Below, in pieces: positions 55,586 through 64,000 of a DNA stretch of 64,000 nucleotides. A model generated the notes under the pieces. It was not told the origin of the DNA and searched no databases. It saw only the letters and a list, made by a program, of their open reading frames with translations. Numbering within the stretch: position 1 is the stretch's first letter; every line of letters begins with the position of its first letter. Source of the DNA: Cyanophora paradoxa CCMP329 (lineage: Eukaryota > Plantae > Glaucophyta); NCBI GenBank assembly GCA_004431415.1, contig QPMI01000104.1, positions 1 through 64,000 on the forward strand. Reading direction: 5' to 3'. The position numbers were made by a program, and so were the translations under genes.

Positions 55586-57512
55586 ATGGGTACGGGAGCT
55601 AAGGGTAAGGAGCGGGCCGAGCCCGCCGCGGGGTCCGCCGGCGCCGCCCCGCCGCTGGATACGCGCGGCGCGCGGGTCTCGCGGCCCAAGTACATCTCGG
55701 CGTGGCTCGAACTCGACCTACGCCCACAATGCTCCGTCTGCCGCTCGCAGCGGCTCCACCCTCCGGCCTACGTCCCGGCGTGCCTCGCGGCGAGCATCGT
55801 CGAGCTCGCCGGCGGCGGCGACCTCGACCGCGCGATCGACCTCAACGACGAGCGGGCGGGCCGCCTCATCGGACACCACGGCCTCGCGTGCCTCGCCTGC
55901 GTCCCCAAGGTACCGGTACCCCCGCCTTACCCCCCCTGACCGCCCCGCTCACCCCGTCGCCGCGCGCGCAGGCCCTTCGCTGCGCCGACGCCGCCGGAGA
56001 CGCCGAGGGCGAGGTCGAGTGCCCCATGGCGCAGGGGGCGTGCCGCGAGCCGCACCCGACGCTCGCCGCCCTCGTCCCCTCGTCGCGCGTCGACGGCTAC
56101 CTCGCCTACCGCGCCTTTGTCCACGAGGCCGAGCGCCCCGAGTCCTGGGCCGGCGCGGCGAGCGTCTCCCAGGCCGCCCAGCACGCCGTCTACCTCGCGA
56201 ACCGCCCGTCGGCGGCGCGCCCGTCGGCCCCGGAGGCGCGCCCCGCCCTCGCCCTCTGCGACGGCGCGGGGCCTCGTCCTCCTCGGCGCCGGCGCCCGCT
56301 GAGATTCCCAGGGCGGCTCCGGCCCCCCGGAGCCCACCCCCGCCGCGGCGGCCTCTGCGGAATCGGATCCGGAGCCGCCGCGCCGCCCGCCGCGGCGCGT
56401 CGCCCCCGCCGCGCGGCCTCCGCCGCCGCCGAGCGCGAGCAAGAGGACGAGCTCGAGGACGGAGACGCCAGCAAGGGCGCCGCCGCCGCGGGCCCGGGCC
56501 CCTCGCCAAGCGGGCGCGGCGGCAGCCGGCCGAGCGGCGGCCGCCGTGGGAGAGCGAGAAGCTCGCCAAGCTCCTCTACCAGGCGTACACGTGCAGGCTC
56601 TCCGAGTACGACGACGACGACGACGCCGACGCCGGCTCCGAGGAGGGCGCGCCCGGCGCGCAGGGCGAGGCGGACCCGATGGAGACGTGGGAGGAGGAGC
56701 GGCGGGCGGCGTTCGAGGGGGCGATGGAGGAGCTCTCCTCCTCGTCCGACTCGGGCTCGGAGCGGGGCGGGGGCGACGAGGGGCCGGGGAGGAGGGTGCG
56801 CCCGGCCAGGAGGAGGACGAGGGCGCGGCGGCCCTCGCCGAGCTCGAGCGCGGCCTCCGGCGGGGGTACGCCCTCCATCTCGACCCCTCCCCCGGCCTCA
56901 CCTGATGCCCGCCCCGCCCGCAGGTCGACGCGGCCCTGGTGGGGATCCAGCTCGACGCCGACGCCGGCGCCCGGCGGGCCCTCTACGCCGCGCGCAGCAC
57001 GCGGGTCGCGAGCGGATCCGGTGCCTCCTCCTCGTCAGCTCCGGCATCCTCGGCGCGTTCGAGCGCTTCCGGGAGGCCAACGGGCGGAACCCGAGGAGCT
57101 GGGGCCTCTTCCGCAAGGACAGCGTGGAGCCAAAGTACTCGCCGATCCTCGAGGCGTGCGGCCTGCGCCTCGAGGACCGGGCGGCGTGCGCCAAGGTCTA
57201 CGCCGACCTCTGCTCCTGCGCACGCGTCCTGCAGCGGCTCCCCGGCCTTGCGCGCGTCGTCGGCGACGGCGTCAGCCCGCACGACTTTATCGCCTACCTC
57301 CCGCTCCTCCAGCGGGCCCCCGCCGAGGCCGTCGCCGCGCTCGAGCAGCGGCTCCAGGAGCGCGTCGCCTCGTACAAGGGCGAGAACGGGGAGGCGCTGG
57401 TTCGGATGCCGGCGGCGGTGTTTCGGCTCAAGGCGGACGGCGCGAGCTCGAGCTCGGATGGCGGCGGCGGCGGGTCGACGTCGGCCCCGACGATCACGCC
57501 GAGGCCGCGTGA
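55586..57512 (+). CDS. RING-like protein, second copy (apparent frameshifts)
   Basis: Duplicate of 21956-23890. Confidence 0.6.
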
Positions 57513-57695
57513 GCTGCATCCTCGATTCGTGTATCCGTGCGCTCGAGCCTGGTTTCGTCTGAATACAAGATAGTGAAATTGCTGCTTTCGCTCGAATCCG
57601 CGAGGGATTCTGCGCGGGCGGGACCCCGCAGGGAAGGCCCGGACCACCATTCCTCTTTCTCTAAATCTCCTCGCGATCGTTGAATTCCAGCCACC

Positions 57696-58163
57696 ATGGA
57701 CGCCAACGTGTACACCGACGCGAGCCCGCCGTCGCGCGCGACGCCCCTCGCCGATCGCGATGCAGTCGCGACGCCGACGAGCTCGAGCACGGACCCCGCC
57801 GTCGAGATCAAGCCCACGTCCGAGACGCGCCCCTCTGCCAAGCTCTGGACGCCCGAGGACATTACGGCGTGCGGCCTCCCCAGCGATCCGGAGCTCGACG
57901 CCCTCGTGTGCGACGCGCTGAACAGCTTTACCTACGAAGTCTACGCGGCGGAATGCATCAAGGCCGGCTTCAAGCCCCGCGCCCCCTCCGCCTCGTCGGC
58001 CCGCCGAAGCGCTTCGCCGACGAGTTCTAATTATATTATTAAACCTATAGCTAGGCATGTACATTCCCATGTACCCCCTCTTCGGTCTCGCGGGATGCAC
58101 AAATACATCCGGAAAATCGTTTGTTCGCGAGATGAGCGCAGCGACATCTCGCTGGGCCTCTGA
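57696..58163 (+). CDS. Hypothetical protein, second copy
   Basis: Translation identical to 24074-24541. Confidence 0.5.
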   Translation: MDANVYTDASPPSRATPLADRDAVATPTSSSTDPAVEIKPTSETRPSAKLWTPEDITACGLPSDPELDALVCDALNSFTYEVYAAECIKAGFKPRAPSASSARRSASPTSSNYIIKPIARHVHSHVPPLRSRGMHKYIRKIVCSRDERSDISLGL

Positions 58164-58288
58164 GTACCCCGTGAACCCCCGGCCCTAATTCTAGGCCTAG
58201 GCCTCCGGATCCCCCACGAGGGCCGCACCCTAGACGCCCACGCGATCGACTCTCGCAGGCCGCTCGCGCGCGGGACAATTGGACCCAG

Positions 58289-59131
58289 ATGGCGCGCACG
58301 AAACACGCGCAAGGGTCTAAGAAGGGGACCGGACACAAGGCCCCGCGCAAGCGCTTCGCCTCTCTGAAGTCGTCGTCCAAGAGCGCGAGAAAGAACGCTC
58401 CCGCGGCCGGTGGGGTGAAGAAACCTCATCGCTATCGCCCGGTACACGTTTCTTAATAGTAAGCTTAAACTTGAAAGCTTAAGCTTACTCATTGAGTTGG
58501 TGAATCGGCGACTATGATTTCGAAATTCAGGGCACGGTGGCTCTCAGGGAAATTCGCAAGTGGCAAAAGGTACGTTATATATAATCATTCAATTTCCTTA
58601 CTATGGTATAGATATTGATATACTAACGTGTACATATAACGCAGTCGACGCAGCCTATCATCGCGCTCGGTCCGTTTCTGCGACTCGTCAAGGAGATCAC
58701 GGACGATCAACTCAAGGAACGGCGCAACACGGGCGAGTCCAACGTCCCGTTTGGGATCCGCTGGTCAAAGGACTCGATTCTCGCCCTGCGTGAGGCCGCC
58801 GAGGCGTAAGTCTCATGATCATACTAAATTCCCACATCTAATTAACGTAATCATATGCATCCCACCCCGGCCCCGCGCGCGCAGGCACGCGATCGAGACC
58901 TTTGAGGACGGCAATTTGATGGCCATTCATGCAAAGCGGTGCGCCCAAATAATCATCATTGATACCCTAATTAATATTATAAGTTGAATGTCCCGCGATC
59001 GCGTGCCCGATGCCCGACCTGACGCGCTAGACGCGCGCCTACGCCGCAGCGTGACGATCCAGCCCAAAGATATACAGCTCCGGAGGCGCATCCGTCGCGA
59101 GGACAAGGTCGAGGCGGTGGCGTCGGGGTGA
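58289..59131 (+). CDS. H3: Histone H3 variant, second copy (intact)
   Basis: Same length and exon structure as 24671-25513 (offset 33618). Confidence 0.95.
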
Positions 59132-59427
59132 TCATGAGCCCCGGCCCTTGACCCCCAAAACCTCCCAATCCCCGGCCCGCTTGAAAATGAATTCTACGGG
59201 TGGGGCACTCCCGTACGTGATGCTCGAGGCGGGGGGAGGGTCTGGGACGGGGTACGGGAGACCGACCCCTCCCATGTATGGGCGGGACCGAGGGCTCGAA
59301 AACCGAAATATTGGAAACGCAGGGCACCGAGTGCGAATATCGTGTCCTAGTATCATAGAAACACAAACCCCGAGCGAGGTGCCGAGCCAAGGTGCATCAA
59401 AGAAACTAAAAATTAAAAACCAAAAGG

Positions 59428-59647
59428 GTGGACTGAAATCTGAACTCAGTCCACTAATAATGTCCGGCTCCGCTAATTCCCTGATGAGAAGCGGCCTCAT
59501 AGTATACCCCCAGAATTACCGCTCCATACAAGCCTGATCATGAAACTTTTACGATCCACTAATTTCGGGCTCCAGTATTTTGCCTACGGGAGGGCCGAGT
59601 TTTACGATCCACTAATTTCCGATCTGGTATTTTCCTGTTACACGGTA
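59428..59647. mobile_element. Possible right end of a Tc2/pogo-like non-autonomous DNA transposon directly flanking the element
   Basis: Inverted repeat GTGGACTGA-9-TCAGTCCAC at 59428-59454; TCCACTAAT x3; TTTTACGATCCACTAATTTC x2; ends TTACACGG-TA. Confidence 0.3.
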
Positions 59648-59859
59648 GTTGAGCTCATGAGCAATTGAGCGCATGCGCACTGCGGCAAACAATATGGCGA
59701 CTCATTGGCGAGTATAGTTGATCGGTTCATTGGCAAACTTTTTTGCAGTTTTCTTATGAGACGAGCGGAGGCCTCAAAAGGCACTGTTAGGCGGTCGTTA
59801 AGGTTGTCGAAGCGGCGCACTGCGCCAATAGTAGTTTTATAGTGCCCAATACTGCTCGC

Positions 59860-60190
59860 ACCGTCCGATCCTCCGGCAGTTGACAGTCACTGAGTGCTTC
59901 AACTGTGCTTGTCACTGAGTCACTGCTTGACACTCTGACTTGACCGTCGGACACTGGTAGTCCAGTGGTAGATACTATTACTAGTATCATAGTATCTAGT
60001 AGCCCAATACCGGTACTGTTCGCGCCGTTCGATCCTCCGGCAGCCCGGCGGCAGGTGACACTGCTTGACAGCCTGAGTTTTGCTTGACACTGACTTCGAC
60101 AGTGTTGCTTGACACTGACTTGACAGTGTTGACACTGGTTGACACTGCCACTTGACAGTCGTTGATTAGCACTACTAGGATACTAGTAGC
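59860..60190. repeat. Low-complexity TTGACACTG/TGACAGT-type degenerate repeats in the host flank
   Basis: Repeated TTGACAC(T)/TTGACAGT units and a duplicated CGATCCTCCGGCAG. Confidence 0.65.
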
Positions 60191-60696
60191 TGGAAGGCTG
60201 CGCGAAACCGCCGAAACGGCGCGAGTTTGCGAGTTAAATTGAATTGATTTATCAACGCTTCGTGACAATACGAAAAACGCTCGAATCGGCTGTTGATTAA
60301 CTAGTAATTTCGATTTGGTACAAGACCTTTAATTTCGAGCGTTTAGTTGTTTTGATTTTCTGAGAGACTACGGACGGACCGGGACGGTGGGGCGATTCGG
60401 CGAGCCCTCCCTAGGTAGTAATATTAAGAGATAACAGAGTATTCAACAAATCAAAGATATAGAGCGTTTATAATTTGAGCTTTAGTCCGGATTCGAGCGC
60501 TTTATAATTGCAAGGGGGGAAAAGAAGACCGAAGGTCTTCCCCCCCTTGCTTCCCGTTCCCTCGCTTCAGCCAAAAGTTTTCTATGAGGCCGTTTTCGAG
60601 GGCCAGCTTGCAACGAAATTGTCGGTTATTCGCGATCCGATTGGCTCGGTGAACCGGTCAGCTCTCGACTTTCGAGCGTTGAATCGGAGGGGAAAA

Positions 60697-60757
60697 AGTG
60701 GTTTTCGAGGGGAAAACTAACTTCTCAAGTGGTTTTCGAGGGGAAAACTAACTTCTC
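60697..60757 (+). repeat. Tandem 30-bp duplication
   Basis: AAGTGGTTTTCGAGGGGAAAACTAACTTCTC occurs twice. Confidence 0.8.
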
Positions 60758-61294
60758 TCTAACTCCGGTCTTCGAATTCCTTGCGCCGTTCTGCATGGAA
60801 CCAGTTCTCCCTAGCTCTCTCCTCTACATTTCGGCTTCCTCGCAGTGCGTCGCGTACGCCTTGCTCTTCGTTGCGCGGTTCTGCATGGAACCACTTCTCT
60901 CTACGTACCTGTCAACGTCTCCTCTAGATTAGCTTGCAACGAAAAATGCGCCCCTGCCTAGCTGGGCCGCTGATCGTAGCCGAGGACAGGCCTTCGAGAC
61001 CGTGCTCTTTCGCTGCGCTCGGGACGCCGCCGAATTCGAGCCTATATTGCAGAACCGCGTGCGGAGCTGCCCGCAGCCGAGCACGCCGGACGGGCCTGGC
61101 GCTCTTGTTGCGTTTGGCACCTGGCAAGCAGACCAGTTCGCGCGCTGCGCACGGCGCGCCGGTCGACGCCGCTTGCAATTGTCTGCTCATTCAGGTTGAG
61201 GCTGCTGTCAGCGTCGGCGCTCCGACGTTAACGTTCGGCGTCCCGCGTTGCACCCGCCGCGTGCGCTCGACACCCGGCCAGCTGCCTAGCACGC

Positions 61295-62264
61295 TTGCGG
61301 CCGCTGGCTGCACTGCAGCTTAAGCTTTACCAGTGTTTCCAACAGCCGCCAGTTATCTTATTCAGTTGCAGCTCAGCGGAAGCCCTTCCCGAGCTCGAGC
61401 CGGATTCAAACGAGATGGGACGGAAAGCTGCATTGGACCTTGTTTCCGGGCGAGATTTCGTGCTGTCGGACGCTCGATGCACGCTCTCATCGTCGTGCAC
61501 GGGCGGCATTTGCTTATGTTGTCCGGAGGGCGCCCGTCAACACTTCTGCGCTCGCGAAAGCCTATTTCGGCATGTCCGGCAGCACGTTCGGAGCGCTCAA
61601 GTGGGTGCAGTTGCAATTTAGCTGCAGTCGTTAACAAGCACGTATCGGATAACGTACGTATTTCCCTGCGCAGGGCGCTCCAGTTCCGCCCCCGCAGGGC
61701 GCTTCCGTTCAGATCGAGCCGCGCAGCGCTCGAGTACGTGGAGTTTCTATCGAGCCGCGCGCCGGCAAAAACGCAGGGGCTAACGCATGTTCTGACTGCC
61801 ACGCAGAGCACTTCCAACCTGGCAGTGCGTGTTCAGGCTTCAGTTGTCGATCCGCGAAGCGCGCGCTTGTGTGTCCAAGTGAGCTCGTTTTGCGGCTTTT
61901 TTACAAATTTGCAATTTTCAGCTGTTATTCAGAGCTCTTAACCGTTCAACAGAATCCGGACCGGCTGTCGTCTGTGTGCGCCGCTTCTGAAAACTCAGTT
62001 TCAGCTGGCCTCGTCGATATCGAACTTCAAGACCTTGTCTACCAGATGCGCGGCGGAAGCGAGCAGCGCGCCAGCCGCGTGGCTCTGCAGGCGCTCGAGG
62101 CGGCGGGCCGCCTCACCATGCTCTCCCAGCAGGGCCCTCTTCAGGACCGGCGCCGCTGGCTGCCGCTCACCCGCACGGCCGACTTCCGCCCCGACCCCCT
62201 CCAGACGGCCTGGATCGCCTATGTTTACGGCGAGCCCTCTGCAGACAGCACCATCATTTTTTAG
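61295..62264 (+). CDS. Possible spliced or degenerate host/TE gene fragments with a C2H2-like motif
   Basis: CLCCPEGARQHFCARESLFRHVRQH (~61510-61585) and a coding-like terminal exon at ~62005-62264; structure unresolved. Confidence 0.3.
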
Positions 62265-62829
62265 CCAGCTGTTCAGGAGTAGGGGTAGGCCGTGCAAACA
62301 CAGTTGATGCGCACGGTTTTTCCGCTCCAGAACAATCTTTCATATACAGTGCACTCAATCTCGAAGTTCATTCAGGCTTTTCTTTGTTCGGTTAGATCGC
62401 AGCGTCTGCTTATCAGCCCTTTTCTACTCTTTACAGTCATAATCTGTCTCTATCTTTACTACTTCAATTGCAACCTGCCGCGCGCGCTGGGCCGGGGTCG
62501 ATCTACATCTGCCCCGTGCATGTTCGTGCCACTACTACTCTTTCATTAGATCCAGATTCCCCCCTTGCACCCCCGGCGCGCCAAACGCGGCCGGGCCCCT
62601 AGTTAAGTACTAGAACTCCAGAGAACTTCACTGAGGCTGAAATCCGGCAGGGGATTTCTTAAGCGGTTTAAAATTTTAGCTTAAGCTTTCGTCGCTAGCT
62701 AGTTCCGACGCGTGCCTTGACGCGTGCGCAGTGGTCGCGGGCCTCGCGGGAGTCGCGGCCGATCTCGCCCGGCCCAGACTGGCGCGGCCCGACCGAGCCG
62801 CCCTGTCTGCCACATGTCCGCAATACTTT

Positions 62830-63054
62830 TAATTAATGCGCCAGATATTAATGCGCTTTTGACCCGGACCCCTAATATAACTATAAATGCGGCATGAATT
62901 TTATGCTTTCTGCAGCTTTTTGGCTGCGTTAAGGGGGTACATAATGCAGTCTCCTATTAATGCGCCCCCAAATTAATGCTTTATGCCAGCGGAAAACGCA
63001 TTAATTTGGGGGCGCATTAATTAAGTGCGCGCATTACTTAAGTGTTGCACGGTA
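62830..63054. repeat. MITE-like end with a perfect 24-bp inverted repeat
   Basis: ATTAATGCGCCCCCAAATTAATGC at 62956-62979 and its reverse complement at 62998-63021; TTAATGCG repeats; ends TTGCACGG-TA. Confidence 0.55.
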
Positions 63055-63388
63055 CAGTGCCACGGTCCCCACGCTTGATTTCATTTTTCGTTTCTTCAAG
63101 TGAAGACGAGGATTGCTCTGAATTCGAAGCACACTTCATGTTCTTGCAGCCCTGTAACCTGCAGGCTGCAGGCTGCATAGGCTGCAGGCTGCATGAACGA
63201 TCATATTGTATTATTATGCGTCGATCATCGTCCGATCATACGCTCACCGCCGCGGGCACACGCTCCATGCACATGCAGAAAAGCACCTTCAACGGGCGCT
63301 GCTGATCATCGGGTATACTTAGCTGCTGAGGATAGCTGTTAATTATAACGTTCTCCCTTGAGCACGTCTCAAGCTTCCGGCCGCTGCG

Positions 63389-64000
63389 ATGAAGAGCGGC
63401 CATATAGCGCCGCCACGCATCGTGAATTGGAGGCCGTTCGGGATTCGCGGCGCCATCCTCAGCGTCACGTTCGCCCTTCTGTTCGTTCTCGCGGCCTCCG
63501 ACGCGCATGCCGGCCACAGCCGCCTCGTGCACGATCACGTGCACAGCCCGCATGCGCGGGCTGGCATTGATATCTTGGACGTTGTCAGGCGCGGTCGGAG
63601 TGCAGCGGCCGCAGAGGCTGCGCGAGTTGCGGCTGGCACTTCGGCAGCTGCAAGCTCAACCAAGGCCAGATCCACACTCGCGACGAACTTCGGCCCAGTC
63701 CGTGCGTTGACGTTGTCTTTTGTTTTTTTAAATTTGGTCGCTCCGTCACCTCCGCTCGCAACACCTCTTCGAACTCGCTGATGTATCGTCGTGCGCGCGC
63801 AGAGCCAACCTCGCGCTGCACGATCAGGAGTATCTCCATCGAGCGCCGGAGCCCAGGGGACGCAAGTAAGAAGCCATTCGTGATGAACGAAGCCCAGGTA
63901 ATCATAAAGACCGACTCTGCAAATTTAAAGATTGAGAAAAATCGTGGTTTGACTCATGTTCAATCCGTGCAGGTCGAGCAGCTCATCAGGGGCGGAAACC
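63389..64000 (+). CDS. 5' part of a probable host secreted/membrane protein gene (spliced, runs off the window)
   Basis: Hydrophobic signal-like GAILSVTFALLFVLAASDAHA; donor GTGCGT at ~63702 and acceptors CGCAG/TGCAG downstream. Confidence 0.4.

Larger units (their letters stand above)
25810..59427. mobile_element. Complete ~33.6-33.8 kb unit of a tyrosine-recombinase / primase-helicase giant element (integrated episome- or virus-like)
   Basis: 33760-59427 repeats 1-25809, and identity ends abruptly at ...ACCAAAAGG (25809 and 59427). The unit encodes a tyrosine recombinase ~1.4 kb from the junction, a primase-helicase and a nuclease. Composition drops to lower GC after 59427. Confidence 0.85.

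Noticed and set aside
25810-59427. Polinton/Maverick, PLV, virophage, NCLDV insert, DIRS, Helitron or Starship assignment
   Set aside because: No recognisable PolB, capsid, A32/FtsK ATPase, RT/RNaseH, HUH Rep, DUF3435 or terminal inverted repeats. The AAA protein is a classical-clade ATPase, not a packaging ATPase. Not excluded without profile searches.
1-64000. rRNA/tRNA genes and host species identification
   Set aside because: No recognisable rRNA or tRNA sequence. Intron style suggests a GC-rich protist or alga but is not diagnostic.

Overview
Eukaryotic, very GC-rich DNA with short GT-AG introns; the host cannot be identified from this window. Bases 1-59427 are a head-to-tail tandem of a ~33.7 kb element. 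Position 1 recurs at 33760, and the two copies stop matching exactly at 25809/59427. One complete unit is therefore 25810-59427, preceded by the right three quarters of another copy and followed by lower-GC host-like DNA (59428-64000). Manual splicing reveals genes the ORF track misses or breaks. These are: a Ulp1/SENP-type cysteine protease apparently fused to a tyrosine recombinase; an intronless ~2000-aa AEP primase + Zn-finger + herpes-UL9-like SF2 helicase; a 4-intron histone H3 with an H3-like tail but CenH3-like histone-fold hallmarks; an intron-rich AAA+ ATPase; a Skp1-like protein; two RING proteins; an SLX1-like GIY-YIG nuclease; a Zn-ribbon protein; and a small paralogous pair. Five repeat regions per unit are built from 67-bp and ~109-bp monomers sharing a CCGT(C/G)ACGG core. 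In four of them the cores point away from an AT-rich node, resembling origins. I found no capsid, packaging ATPase, DNA polymerase B, reverse transcriptase or DDE transposase. The best reading is a capsid-less, self-replicating, tyrosine-recombinase-integrating giant element carrying its own histone variant and ubiquitin/SUMO toolkit. The many 1-bp indels, mostly in copy 2, look like homopolymer sequencing errors. All domain calls are by motif recognition, not database search.
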